A DNA stretch of 64,000 bases from Phaeosaccion multiseriatum (lineage: Eukaryota > Protista > Ochrophyta, other classes), in NCBI GenBank assembly GCA_965112735.1, contig OZ218950.1, forward strand, positions 6,014,001 to 6,078,000. The letters run 5' to 3'. This document shows positions 1 to 12,963 of the stretch, piece after piece; the stretch's first letter is position 1, and each line of letters opens with the position of its first letter. A program made the translations under genes and the position numbers. The notes beneath the pieces are model-generated. The model saw only the letters and a list, made by a program, of their open reading frames with translations, had not been told where the DNA came from and did not search any database.

Positions 1-185
1 GAGTCCATGGCATTCGAAAACGTGCAGGGAAAGGACATGAGTAGGGCCCGGAGGGAGGAGGAGGAGGAGGAGGAGGAGCAGGAATGAATGGAACATTGAC
101 CCCGTCACTGATCAGCTCTCTTGCCGGCCTTGTCTTGATGCCCCCCCCCCCCTCCATCGCCCTGTGTGTGTGCGTGCTCGATTAG

Positions 186-997
186 GCTGGAGGTGCTAGT
201 TCCTCACTTCGGGCTACTCACTCACTTGAAGGAGCTACTCCTGGCCAGGAACCCATTCAGCGTAGTCCCTCCCGAGGTGAGAGAAAGGCATCTGTGGGGA
301 GGGGGGAAGAAAGAAGTGAGAGGTCCTCCTTGTACACCCCGTGTCCATCGCTCCTCAACCGCAGACTTGAGGAGGTATGATAGATGCATGCACCCACCAC
401 TCGAAGCGCGGCTGCCTCTACTTGTACTTGCTTTCCTTACACCACTAGCTCCTCCTCTGTGCACTACACACACACGCTCTCTCTCTCCCACTCTCTCTCT
501 CTCTCTGTTGCGCTTCTTTCTACCCACCTGCTTTACGACAGCTGAAGGCCCTGACGGAGCTGACGAGATTCGACGTGAGTGGCAACCCCATCACGATCAT
601 ACCCGAGACTCTGCAGCGCCTGCACGCCAAGGGAGAGCTGCTGCGGTAAGTCACTCACTGAGCTAGTACATGGTGTCAGTCAGTCAGTCAGTCAGTCAGT
701 CAGTCCTCGCGTTCACTCTCTCTCTCATTCACTCTCTCTCTATCCTTCTCTCTCTCTCTCCCTCCTTCTCTCCCTCTCTCCCTCTCTCCCTCTCCTTCTT
801 TCCCTCTCTCTCTCTCTCCCCCTCCTCTTTCTGTCTTCGTATGCCTACCCCACCCCACCGGCCACTCTCTCCCCAGCGACAAGGAGCGCAGGAAGGGCCT
901 GATCAGACGGGCTCTCGCCGTGCGCACGAGAACTAGAGCCGCGTACAGGAAACAGATCCTCGGCCCTTCGCCTCTGCTAGGGGGGGTGGCGTCTTGA
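186..997 (+). CDS. Leucine-rich repeat protein, 3' part (5' exons lie outside the window); exons about 186-276, 542-645, 878-997
   Basis: Spliced translation LEVLVPHFGLLTHLKELLLARNPFSVVPPE|LKALTELTRFDVSGNPITIIPETLQRL shows two LxxLxLxxNxxxxxP repeats. Introns are GT-AG and phase-compatible, with TGA at 995-997. Confidence 0.75.
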
Positions 998-1203
998 AGG
1001 AACGGATGGCACTGGATGGAAGGGAGTGAGGGAGGGACGGACGGCAGGGGGGGAGGGGGGGGGGGCTTCTGCTGTGCCGCTACTACTCCCCCATTTACTG
1101 CCATCCCCCAATGCCGAGGGGTAAGGATTCTTCGTTCCTTCGGGAGATGAGGTGCCTTTTGCTTGCAACCCGCTTGCATCAAGGCCCACAAAGGCACGGT
1201 ATC

Positions 1204-1470
1204 GGATGGCAGCAGAGGGCAGTGGATGGCAGCAGAGGGCAGTGGATGGCAGCAGAGGGCAGTGGATGGCAGCAGAGGGCAGTGGATGGCAGCAGAGGGC
1301 AGTGGATGGCAGCAGAGGGCAGTGGATGGCAGCAGAGGGCAGTGGATGGCAGCAGAGGGCAGTGGATGGCAGTAGAGGGTAGTGGATGGCAGCAGAGGGC
1401 AGTGGATGGCAGCAGAGGGCAGTGGATGGCAGCAGAGAACAATGGTTGGCAGCAGAGTGTAGCGGATGGC
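1204..1470. repeat. 20-bp minisatellite (GGATGGCAGCAGAGGGCAGT)n, about 13 copies
   Basis: Tandem repeat read directly from the sequence. Confidence 0.95.
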
Positions 1471-1837
1471 AGTTGAGGGTATCAGATGGAGGCAGAGGGC
1501 CTGGGAGAAATGGGCGGGTCGGCTCACACGGGGTTGGGGTGTCGACTTTGGGTGTCGACTTAGGGTGTCGACTTTGTGCTCCGGTGCTCTCTCCTCCTCC
1601 GCCTCCAGCCAAGGCACCACACAGAGAGGACACGGACATCGCAGGTCGGTGGGGTGGATGAGAGGAGCGAGGAGCATGCCCAAAGTGTCAGGAAGTACCA
1701 AGTGTCAGGATCAGCGAAAGGTGGTGAGGACAGGACATGGTCAGCTCAGACAGTGTCAGGTGTCAGGACGTGGCGACAACAATAGGTTTCCGCGCCCCGC
1801 TGGACATACGGCCCATACTGCCTCAGAGCCTTGGAGC

Positions 1838-1945
1838 CTGCCTCAGAGTGAGTATCTTGCTGCCTCAGAGTGAGTATCTTGCTGCCTCAGAGTGAGTATC
1901 TTGCTGCCTCAGAGTGAGTATCTTTCGATATCTTGCTGCCTCAGA
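1838..1945. repeat. 22-bp tandem repeat (TGCCTCAGAGTGAGTATCTTGC), about 4 copies
   Basis: Tandem repeat read directly from the sequence. Confidence 0.9.
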
Positions 1946-2365
1946 CAGATGGATGGGCGGCAACACTTCTACTCCTCGGGGATGAGGGTGAGGGGGGGTT
2001 TGCACTCGTAGGACAACGGACCACGGGGCTGGGTGGCAGCAAGGCATGATGCATCAATGCGAGGGCGGCTCCACGGCAATGAAGGAGGCATCAGTGCAAG
2101 AGAAAGGGGTCAAATGCCTGGGCCTACGGTACTGAGATGGCAGTGCCGGGTCGGAATGGCGGTCAGTGTTGGCGGGCGGGCCTGTTTGACTACTGCAAGG
2201 AAGACGAACACGCGAACAAGAAGAAGGGAGAAGAGGAGGAAGAAGGAGAAGAAGCATACGGCCTCTTGACGAGGAGACACGCCCCCCCGGGTTGCCTACT
2301 TTACCCCTGACGTACTCACTATCTCTGTCATCGCCTGTGTTAGTCGGCCGGCTACTAGTTAGCCC

Positions 2366-2512
2366 AGACTGATCGACTGACTGACTGATCGATTGACTGA
2401 CTGACTGACTGACTGACTGACTGACTGACTGACTGACTGACTGACTGACTGACTGACTGACTGACTGACTGACTGACTGACTGACTGACTGACTGGTTAA
2501 CTGACTTACTGA
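2366..2512. repeat. (GACT)n microsatellite
   Basis: Read directly from the sequence. Confidence 0.95.
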
Positions 2513-2827
2513 CAGTTGGCAGCTGCGGAAGGGCCGAAGCTAGAGGGGTGGAAGGGAAGGACACAAGCCTTTGTTGCCGTCTATCGTCAATCTGTATCCA
2601 TGAATGGTGGACTGGCAGCGACCGACAAAGCGCTGCCGTGGTGGAAAGAGGTGTCGGACGGAAGCGCTCCTCGCTCTTTAGCCAATGCGAAACAGTACCG
2701 CTAAGACACCAAGTAGGATGAAACGGACGGGCTCACGCAATTAAGTGTGCGTCCTGAGATCTAGCTAGGAAGAGCTTTGAAATGTAAGGAAGCATGGACC
2801 TTCTTCTTCAAGATGCCTACTACTGCC

Positions 2828-3867
2828 TCATACGTGGACCCCTCTCGTGTAGCTAACACACGATGCTCTCCTCGTTGGGCCCTCTCCTGTGCCCTCCCAG
2901 CCTTTGTTGATCGAGGTGGGTCTCCAACCGCCGCCAGACGTAACTCTACCTCCTTCTCCTCCTCCTCCTCCTCCTCCTCCTCCAGCACAGCCCTGTGCCT
3001 CTCTCCCTCTCCCGTGCTGCTGCTGCTGCTGCTGCTGCTGCTTTCTAGCAGACCCTCCCCACCACCTATTGCTCTTCTTCTTGCTTTCCATATCACTTGA
3101 AGAAGCAGCCTTCTCCTCCTTCTCCTTCTTGCTACTACTGCCCCTGCTGCTGCAGGAGTAGTGCTCCTTGCCCTGATAGGGCCCGTCCCTGCTCACCCCT
3201 CCGACCTTCCTCAGAGGGAGGGCCGTACCCGATCTCCCGTGCGAAGTTCGGAACAGAGGCCGGCCTAAGAGGCCCTGCTTGGACTCTCGGCGCTTGGTGA
3301 GCTCAGCTTCGTAGGCATTGGTGTAAGGGGTGCCGTCTGAGGAAGGGAGGGAGGGAGGGAGGGAGGGAGGGAGGGAGGCAGGCGGCGAGAGAGAGGGACA
3401 AAGGGAGAGAAGATGAGCTTTGCTTCGCTACCGAGATCTCCATCGCTATACAAATCGAGTTCTGTTGTAGCTGTCCTCACTGGAGCCAACCCCTGCCTCA
3501 GTCAAAGCGTAGTCACGCAAGTACATACGTACGCACCGCAGGTGACGGAGAAGAACGTTCCCCGTGTGGTCTCTGCCATTCGCTCGAACCGCTTGTGACT
3601 GGAGAAAGGCTTGCGTCGCGCTTGCCCGTCCACACGCACCACCTGAGGGCGGCAGGCCTCTTCTGGTCCCCTCCCCTCCTCCCCCTCCCACTCCTCCTCC
3701 TCCCCCTCTTCTTCTTCCGGCAACATCTGCTGCCGTCGCCGTTCCCTTTGCCACACAATCCTCGCTTCTTCCGCTCGCGCTCTGCTTGCATCCTCTTGCT
3801 GCTCTCTCTGTTGCTGCTGCTGCTCATCTTCCTTCGCCCGTAAGCCTGGCCCTTCTCCTCCTCCTGT

Positions 3868-3912
<45 letters not shown>

Positions 3913-5417
3913 TGCTACTGCGGGTACTCTTGCACTCAGGGCTCTTCCTCTCTCCTCCCTGCCCGCCGACGCACCAACGCGACCGTCCGGTGCGCCTCCT
4001 TCCCTTTCCCGGGTCGTGCGTGCCGTGTGCGCAAAGGGCCTCTTCTTTCTCACGTGCCACTCCAACTCCGCCTGGGCCTCTGCCGCCGCCTGAGTCTTGT
4101 TCATGACATCGCTTAGGTCAAGGCCCAGACTGTGACCAATGTTGAGGAGCTGCGTCTTACCCCTCGCGAAGCACACCTCCGGAGGCATCTCGAGGCTGCG
4201 GCTACTGAGAGGGGCCTGAGGGACAGGGGCTACTGTATCACCAACTGCTGCTGAAGTATGGTCGTGGGGCCCTCTCCTCTCCGTCTCCTCTTGTGGCGCA
4301 TTCGCTGCCATCGCATTCAGCTCCTTGTTGAACGCCTTACGAGTGGAAAGTAGATGTGTTGGGAGAAAGAGGGGGAGGGGGGGGGGGGGGGGCTCATGTT
4401 ATTCCATGCCCATACGCTGCTATCATGCCGTGCAAGGGAGGAGGGAGGAGGAGGGCACCCAAAGGAGAGGAGTCCAGGCGAACAAACACCCGGCACACAC
4501 GCACCCACGCACCCACGCTACCTTCCACCCACAGTAAGGCCAGCAAAGACCAGACCATCAGACCAGGAATGAAGTGCCCCTCTGATGATGTGATCTGCCG
4601 ACCCTGTGTAAGTACCACCCTGTCCCTCCCTGCAATATGCCATCTTTGTAACTGTATGTAACTGTAAGGCGTGTAACGTACACGTACCTCCATGCTGCTC
4701 CTTCGATGCTGCTGCTGCCCTCCCCCGCCGAGCGAGTCTCGCTCATCTTGCTCCTGCTGCTGCTTCTCCCACGCATCGACCGCGGCCGTCAACCCCAGCG
4801 CCGCACACCCTCCCGCTGGTGCATCACCAACTCCTACAGCTGCGGCTTCTCCCATGGCGAATGTTATCCCCCCCCCGGCGTGGGCGTGTGCGTGTGCGTG
4901 TGCGTGGGGGCGTGCGCGGATGGGGACAGTGACCACCGGGGTGGCGTTCCACTTCGTCGAGCCTTGCCTCACCAACGGCCTCTCTTGCTCCACCCTTCGC
5001 CGTCGCTCAAGACTGTGTTGTGAGGTGTGAGGAGGTGTGAGGAAGGAGCATGCAAGGGCTGTGAGTAATGCAGGCGGCCACGCCGGCATTCCTTCAGTCA
5101 GACATTTGGAGCCAAGTGTGTTAGAGCGTATCACCAACTGCTGTATATCCCCCAACCCTCCTTGCCTTGGGGCAGTCTACGGATCGTCTGCTTGCTTGAC
5201 ATGCACACACGTACCGATTGTGAGACTCAGCGAAGTGATCGTAGTAGTCGGAGGGTTTGACGACGACCCTCGCCCTATGCCCCTCCCTTCGGAGGCTACG
5301 ACGCCGACCACCACCAGTATTGCCCCCTCTTGCTCCTCTCGCCTTGTCACAGCTGTGCGGCACCTGAACCTTGCCACAGGACAGCACGCCCTCCCCCTCC
5401 TCCTTCTCCCCCTCCTC

Positions 5418-5475
<58 letters not shown>

Positions 5476-5744
5476 TGTTGCGGCTGCTCCGGCCTCGCCC
5501 CTCCCCCCCCCCCTGGAGCTGATGAAGAAGCTGCGCGTGCCTTGGCCACTGCTCGAACTGCGGCGCGGGGACGAGGCTCTGACCGATGTCCACCACAACA
5601 CCATGGAGCAGGAAGGCGCAGCTGCGGCAGCCCCCCCCGTCTCTTCATTACGTATCGTTCATTGACAGCAGGAGGGGAAGAGGGGAAGAGGGGAAGTGTC
5701 AAGCCGCGTGGGTGCGTGCGTAGGTGGGCGGCAGTGCAAACGAC

Positions 5745-5788
<44 letters not shown>

Positions 5789-8358
5789 CAGAAAGGCAAG
5801 AGGGAGGGAGAGAGAACAAACAGACAGAACGAGAAGGCAACAGAGTTCAAGTCATTCACAGTACAAGACAACAGGACAGCAGCTTTGATCTTACAGCCGC
5901 TGTATGCTGTAGTGCCCTACCACGTACTGCTACGTAGTACAATGCACACGTTCCTTTGCTTGGCTTCACTTTTTGATGCTTCGCTTCGCTTTATTTCGCC
6001 TTGCTTTGCTTCCTTCCCTCGCGCCGCACGGGTGCGTGTGTGTTGTGTGTGTTGTGTGTGTGTGTTTGTGTGTGTGCACGTGCATGTGGTTCTTACCTAA
6101 TGCGGCGGTAACTGTCGAGGAGGAAAAGGCCCATGAAGCCCGCAGCCTCGTCGTACTTACTGCTCCAATTGAAGCTCGTCACCATGCAGTTCTCGCCCAC
6201 TTGCACCACCTGATGGGACCAAAGGGGAAGGGGGGGGGTGGGAGGAGGAGGAGGAGGAGGAGGAGGAGGAGGAGGAAGAGGAGGAGGAGGAGGAGAAGGA
6301 GGGGGAGGAGGAGGAGGAGGAGGAGGAGGAGGAGGAGGAGGAGGAGGAGGAGGAGGAGGAGGAGGAGGAGGAGGAGGAGGAGGAGGAGGAGGAGGAGGAG
6401 GAGGAGGAGGAGGAGGAGGAGGAGGAGGAGGAGGAGGAGGAGGAGGAGGAGGAGGAGGAGGAGGAGGAGGAGGAGGAGGAGGAGGGAGGATGCTGATGTC
6501 AGGAGTTACGAACGGGTGGACCATCAAGAATAGAGAGAGGAGGAGAGAGATACATGTGGCCTTCTATACCCCCATGCGCTTCTATACCCCCATGCGCTCG
6601 TACCTCTGGCCCCCTGATGGACTCGGCCAAGACTCTGAAGGGCCTCGAGCTACGCTGATTCGTAGCCTCGTCTATCAGCCACACGCCAGGGCTGCTGGCA
6701 AGGAAGTCCACTTTGCTTCTGTTAGGGAGGGGGGGGAGGTAGGAGCACGAGAGGGGAGGGGGGGGGGGGGGGGGAAGGAGAGAAAGAGAGAGAGACAGGA
6801 GAGAGGAGGGTGAGTCGACGTTAAGTCTCATGGCAAGGCCTTCTCTCTCCTTGCCTCCCTCTCTCCCCACCCCCCCTCCTGCTTCCTTCCCTCACCTGAG
6901 ATGTGAGCACCATTTGTGGTGATGGGCGCTGGTCCTCAGCTTGACCTTAACCTCCCCCGCCCACCTGGGGACGTTGGCCTGCTCCAACGCCTTGCCCTGT
7001 GCCGCCCCTCCCGTCCCCACCCTGCCCGCAGATCCCTGTCCTCCCACCGCTCCGCTTCCTACTATCCTCGCTGCGACTCCAATGCCACCACCTGCATTCA
7101 CAAGCACCGCCGTCGCCGCCCCGGTTACCAACGTCTCCACTGATCCTAATCCTGCCTTCGATGATCCTCCCTTCGCCTTCCTGTCCCTCCCTACCGCCCT
7201 CGCTGCCGCAGCTCCTCTTCCCCCAGCTCCTCCAGCCGCAGACGGCTTCCTCCTAGTGTGGCCGCCGTTGCTGCTGTTCGTCTTCGCCTCTCTGCGGATG
7301 CCTACGTTGCCCTTGGGTATCCAACTCCGGACCTGCTTGTCGAAGCTGAAAAAGTCTCCAGAGGCCCAATCCAGAGCCACTTGCTGCCCCAGCCGCTGTC
7401 TCTCACTCCCTGCGAATGTGTAGTAAGGAAAGAGATGAAAAAAAGGTGAAGAGAATAAGAGAGAAAGAGAGGGAGGGAGGAGGGCAGCGGGATGCGTGTG
7501 ATACACAGTGTAAGACGCGGTTGAGGACGAGGAGTCTCTTCTTGTTTCTGTGCCTACAGCGGTATGAGGTGGGCTCAAGAAGAAGTATCTGTCGCTGAAT
7601 TACCTAGAGTTGGCATTCAATCCAGCCTTCCCTCCTCTTGCCTCTCCCCCCTTCCTCTCCTGCCGTCCCCCTCACTCTCCCACCTGTCAGTTCCTCGTCT
7701 GCCGCTCCGTCCACGACAAAGTCCCTGATTTCCGTCAGTGTGGTGCCGTGCCCTCGCCCCTCGACTCCTCCGTTAAGAATAGACAATTGCTTTCCTCCCG
7801 TGGCACAGAGATAGGCGGCGACAAGCGCCCCCGGACCCGCCAAGAACAGGCTCTTGTTCGTCAGGAGGCAGGTTCGAGCAACTAGTACCACCTTTCAAAG
7901 AGGGAGGAGGGAGGAGGGAGGAACGGACGAAGGGAGGGAGGTGTGTACGTTGAGAGGAGGACACGGCGACAACACGGGGATGGAGCGAAGGAGCTACTCC
8001 CAGCCAGCGTAGAGCAAGTCAAGCTACCACTTCCCCCCGCCTTCGAAGCCCACCCACGCACCTTCCGCATCCTGAAATCCCAGGGCATGATCCGGAAGTT
8101 GTCCCCATCCATAAATACCATGTCGAGCTTGTCAAAGTTGGCTACGGCGGCGGGGTCCATGTACTCGAGCTTCTCGGCATTGTAGCAGTACTCCTCCAGC
8201 CCGTTGAAGAAGTGGGACACCTCAATGTCTACTCGCCCAGTCCCACCGAGAGCAATCTCTCTTTGGCTCGAGAGCTGCTTAACCTGGGCATGAAATTCAG
8301 CAAACGCCTGTCTGCCGTGCACAGAGCGGCTGAAGGCGTCGATGATGAGAATCTTCAT
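2828..8358 (-). CDS. Large multi-exon hypothetical protein with a class I glutamine amidotransferase-like N-terminus and low-complexity C-terminal half
   Basis: ATG at 8358 starts MKILIIDAFSRS...FDKLDMVFMDGD...PWD. Successive globular exons lie at about 7890-7690, 7410-6895, 6715-6605 and 6209-6096, then 5660-5213, 5013-4688 and 4337-3536. The last exon (about 3336-2828) encodes DGTPYTNAYEAELTKRRESKQGLLGRPLFRTSHG. Some internal boundaries are uncertain. Confidence 0.6.
6241..6488. repeat. About 250-bp (GAG)n trinucleotide tract, intronic; forms the pyrimidine tract of a minus-strand intron
   Basis: Read directly; lies just upstream of the acceptor at about 6210 on the minus strand. Confidence 0.95.
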
Positions 8359-10086
8359 GAGCTTCAAGTCTTGTCCTCAGTTCGGTGATGGCCTGCACCG
8401 CCTCGCTCTTTTCAAAGACGCAAACGCTTGGGCCACTCTTCCCACACACTATAGTGACATGACTGTTCGAAGGGAGCGCTTTTCATCATGTTTTCCTCCT
8501 TCTTTGCCGCTGTTTTTTTTGTTTGTTTGGATTCAGCCGTTTCAGAAATATGTCACTGGAAACTTGAAAAAAAAAATGCTTTCCCCCCCCCCCCCCTTTT
8601 CTCCTCCCTGTATGCACCGCCTATCATGTAGATCCTCGCGTACCGCTCCCCCCTCTCAGACCTCTGTTTCTTAAGCACCTTCATGCGTCATCCCTTTGCC
8701 AAAACAAACATGCCGTCTCCCTCTGGCTACATCTATACCCCGACTGTCCACAGGGCAGGGTGTAATCGGAGAAGGCCAGAGACCTCGGCCTGTCTGGTCC
8801 GAGAGACTGTAACAACTCCGCTCGCCATCAGGACCATAACCGGCATGAGTACTAGAGCGATAGCACAGACGAGGTGAGTGAGCGAGCGAGCGGCCAGCCG
8901 GCCCCGGATCATCCTCTATGCAGGGGCTTGCTTTGAGGGCGAGAGCCCTCCTCGGCTCCTCCTTTCTAAACTAACCACCCTCGTTTGTCTGGGCGCGCGC
9001 CTCGCCTCAGGCAATCACCACCCTACGGACGAAGACCATCTTTGCAGCCCAGACCCACGCCCACGAGTGCCGTGCGGGTCAGGAGGACCTTTGACGGCGC
9101 GCAGGTGCTCATGCGCTTCTCCGACAGCGACTGCGCCCTCAGCCAAGACACGAGTGGTGATAGCGTCTGGGCACTGCAGCGGAAAGGGGGGCATCATCGC
9201 CTCATCCAGGCAAGACGCTCATGCCGCATGCCGCATGCCACTTGCACTGCATTCTGGACTTGTTCTTATTTTTTTTTTTCATACGATCTTGTTCTTTGTT
9301 TTTCTTGCCGTCTTGTCAGCAACTATCCTAACCAGCGACGACGCTTATATCGCCCCCCCCCCCCCTCCCATGGTCTTCAGGCGCGGGCGAGGACCAACAG
9401 CATGATCAAGTCCAACGGCCGATTGGGGTCTCTGCTGCCGACGAGGAGGCCTACGCTCCCCACCGGCCGAGCAGCAGAGGCCGACAGAGGACGGAATCTC
9501 TTCCAGACAACCCCCAACCTACCCGAACAGCAGCAAGCTCCGCCGTCTCCAGCCAGGGTGCAGTCGCCCCACGCGCACTCACCGCAGGAACCGCCGAAGC
9601 GCCAATGGCGCTGGCAAAAGGGCCCCGATGGATGGACCACATCCACACCATCATCGTCAGCTTCCAAGAACATGCTGTGGCAGAGGCAAATCTGACCACC
9701 CTTCTCACTTGTTGGCACTCCTCTTGACGCTTGCTTTTTGAGCGGGTGTCAGTGAGTGTGGAAGGTCTATTTTATGCTTACGGTGTGGGGAGGGGGGGTC
9801 GCATGGGTGGGTGGCGAGGGTGTGTGTGTATGTTCGTACATGCGTGCATGTGTGCGTGTGTGCGGGCGGACTCAGCCGCCCTAACCCGTGACGTGAAGCT
9901 GTCGTGCTGAGGAGGGGTGGGTGTGGGCACGAGCTGATAGCACGGGGCAACAATCAAGCCAAACCCTCTTACTATGGAGCGGACTGGGTGTCTCTCTATC
10001 TCTCTCCGTCCGAGCAACAGATGGCGAGGAGAAGGGCGTGCAGACAGGGCGGGGAGAGAGGGAGTTTTAGCTCGGTGCCCCGAAAG

Positions 10087-10097
10087 ATGATGATGAC

Positions 10098-10180
<83 letters not shown>
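10087..10180. repeat. (ATG)n trinucleotide microsatellite
   Basis: Read directly from the sequence. Confidence 0.95.
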
Positions 10181-10181
<1 letters not shown>

Positions 10182-11179
10182 TGGGAGTGAAGCCAGCACA
10201 AGCCATTGCTATTATCGGTGGGCCGAGGTTGGGGAGGCCGATGCTGCGCTTGGAGCTCTTGGGTGGGGCTGTCAACGGCCGCTGCTCAGAGCTGCGTGGG
10301 GGGGGGGGGCTTGACACAAACAAGACAAGGGCTACTGCCGCCTGCTGCTCTTACACGCGCCGTACATGACTGTATTTAGCGGGCAGAGGAGCCGTCGTTA
10401 CCCACATAGCTCCGAAGCAAACCGTAGGAAGGGGGTAGGCCCCACCCAGAAGGGCTTGACCCAGCGGGTTCTGAGGCAGACAGGCAACGGCGCGCGTAGA
10501 CACGTGGGGCTCTAAACACGTCGTCGTGAGTGAATTTTGGCGGGAGGCCAATGGCAGCTCCATACGACGTGCAAGAATGCTCTCGTCGGCTAGAAGTCGC
10601 TTCCTCAAGGCCCTTACTGCTTACCCGAGAAGACGAAGGCTCTTCAGAGAGACGGGCGTCGACCACGCCCAGCAGCAATGGCCGGCTGACGAATGGAGGG
10701 TGGGGGGGAGGGGTGAGTGGGCGTGAAGGGGAAGCAGCAAGGCGAAGCAAGGCGTCGCGGCTCTGCCAATTCAAGCCATGGGGGAGCAAATGGAAGCATC
10801 GTCCAGAGGCCTTCGTATGCCTTCATAGGCGCCCCCTTGCCGCTCGAGAGACATTCTTCCCCCTTTGCCGTTGACATGGAGAGCAACATCAAAAGAAGCG
10901 AACTCGGGCAACAGGCCGGGTGGATAGCATGGACAATTCTTCCCCTTATTCACACTGCCCAACGGCAGAAATCCTAGTAATTTTTTTTTTTGGCTTCTAA
11001 GTTTTACTTGGCCTCTCCTTCGCACGAACATGTAAAAAACACTAAAACTGTAGTAATATGTACAAAGGGGAAGCCCCATGTGACTCAAAACAATCAACCG
11101 CACGGCTGCCAGCAAGGGTCGGTCAGGTCTATGGGCCAACAGGCCTAGGCTGTGGAGCAGGCTGGTAGTAGCAACAGGC

Positions 11180-12415
11180 TCAGGCGTTACGCGAATTGGG
11201 CGTAACCGACGTGCTGGACGATGTGCGCAGTAGAGGCATACCGCTCTCTGGCGTCTTGGGGGCTGCTTGCTTCCTGAGCTCCGCCTCCCTCCCCTTCAAC
11301 CGCTCCTCCTCCGGCTCCTGCTGTGGCTGGTGGTCCAGCTTGGGCTTGGAAGTGGGCTTGTATCCGTACAAAAAGGTTGCGGCGATGACCAATATACCGC
11401 CCCCGATGAACAAGTAAGTGATGGAAAAGTCAAAGAACAGGTAGCTCACAATGCACGTCAGCACAATGCTCAGACTCGTGGCGAAACCCTTGACAATGTT
11501 GTCGGCGTACTTGACAACCATTGCCACCACGAGCCCACCGAGTGAGTTCAGCGCCACCGCCGCCCAAACGCTGACATTGTAACCGTAGAAGAAGCCGTTT
11601 GTACGCACGCTTTCCCCGTCCTTGCCAAACACCGCAAACAGACCGAGGAGCAGGCCGAAGGAGGCAAGTTGAATGTTGCGGACCCACAGGCTAACCTTGC
11701 TTCCCTTGAGTACCTTCTCAAAGTACACACCGGCAAAGCCGCTCGTGCAGCAGGCCATGAGCACGGCCCCAATCCCCACCACGCTATTCATTTGCGACTC
11801 CATCACCAACACTTCGTCCACCCCCTCCCCTGCCCCGCCCACATCCACCAGTACCTCATCCCCCCCTCCAGCCATCGTGCTCCCTGTTGCCGCCACCGCC
11901 GCCGCCGCCGTTGCTGCTGCTGCTGCTGCGGTTGCTGCTGCTGCCATTTGCACCAGCCCCACACCAAGGGCCAGCATGGCCAGACTGATCCATTGGGTGA
12001 TGCTAATGGCCTTGTTGAGCATCACCATGGACAAGAGAGCAGTAGTGAGGATCTTGAGCTGGTACAGGAGCTGATATGTCGGCCCCTCGAGATTGCTAAT
12101 GGCCACATAGGCGAGATTGTTTTGCAGCACGTAGAGGCCTGCGGGCACAGACATTTTGAGCATGTCCAGAGGGGAGCCGAAAATGTCTCTCTTGACGGTG
12201 GCCACCATCTGGCTCACCCCGCCGTCCTCCCACGTCTGCAAGAGTATGCTGCACACCACCTTGGTGAGCTCTGCGCATACCACAGCCGTAGTGGTGGCGT
12301 ACTGGGCATCGTCCTGTCCGGACGACGAGGAGCGAGAGTACCGCATGAAGAGAGCCAAAGCGCTGTTCTGCAGGACGAGCACCACCAGCACGGCGGCCTT
12401 CGTGCTGGAGCCCAT
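11180..12415 (-). CDS. SLC35A-family Golgi nucleotide-sugar transporter (UDP-Gal / UDP-GlcNAc / CMP-Sia type), single exon
   Basis: 411-aa ORF with family motifs VPAGLYVLQNNL, YQLKILTTAL, SGFAGVYFEKVLK, WVRNIQL and VVKYADNIVKGFATS, plus multiple TM helices. Confidence 0.95.
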   Translation of the reverse strand: MGSSTKAAVLVVLVLQNSALALFMRYSRSSSSGQDDAQYATTTAVVCAELTKVVCSILLQTWEDGGVSQMVATVKRDIFGSPLDMLKMSVPAGLYVLQNNLAYVAISNLEGPTYQLLYQLKILTTALLSMVMLNKAISITQWISLAMLALGVGLVQMAAAATAAAAAATAAAAVAATGSTMAGGGDEVLVDVGGAGEGVDEVLVMESQMNSVVGIGAVLMACCTSGFAGVYFEKVLKGSKVSLWVRNIQLASFGLLLGLFAVFGKDGESVRTNGFFYGYNVSVWAAVALNSLGGLVVAMVVKYADNIVKGFATSLSIVLTCIVSYLFFDFSITYLFIGGGILVIAATFLYGYKPTSKPKLDHQPQQEPEEERLKGREAELRKQAAPKTPESGMPLLRTSSSTSVTPNSRNA

Positions 12416-12963
12416 GATCTCACGCGTGTGTGTACCCCCTGCTGGTGGTTTAGTAGTCGCAGGGGGGTGGGGAGGAGGAGGAGGAGGAGGAGGAGAAAAA
12501 GGGATGGGCTGTGCTCGTTGGGGGTATATTCTTCCGTGGCAAAATCTGCAAGCCTTGAGCGGTACCCCGGTCAGCTATCATTCTGCAACCAGCCGCGCCA
12601 TGCACACCCTCCTTAGGTGAAAACCTAGCTCTTTCCGTGCTCTCTGAGGCACCTCCCTCCCTCTTCGATACTCTTCAGGCCTTTTTCTCGTTTCCAAGCT
12701 CGGCGCCCTTGACAAGCTGGAACTCTGCTCTCCCCTTCTACTCACCTCACTCCAATGGTACCCCTTCTACGGCTGGAAGAAGATGCCCCTCTCTTCTCCT
12801 CCCCTCTACACACCCCTCTCCCTTACAGCGCGCAATATATACATATGGGAACGCCATCAAGCCACACATGACGAACTATCCCACGGTTACGTAATTCATT
12901 ACGTAAGCAAAGAGACCCAACCCTTCCTTATTTTTTCCTTTATTGCAACCTACACGTCTAGGG

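Noticed and set aside
1538-1576. GGTGTCGACTT x3 containing one TTAGGG
   Set aside because: Short local tandem repeat; a single telomere-like hexamer is not an interstitial telomere.
700-1701. Long ORFs with LPSTALCCHP / WQQRAVDGSRG repeats
   Set aside because: They are translations of the stop-free 20-bp minisatellite, open in several frames on both strands.
5973-6813. Poly-Arg, poly-Pro and poly-Gly ORFs
   Set aside because: They are translations of the intronic (GAG)n tract.
8878-10980. Several plus-strand ORFs between the GATase-like gene and SLC35A
   Set aside because: No recognisable domain or consistent splice chain. A gene could be present but cannot be supported.
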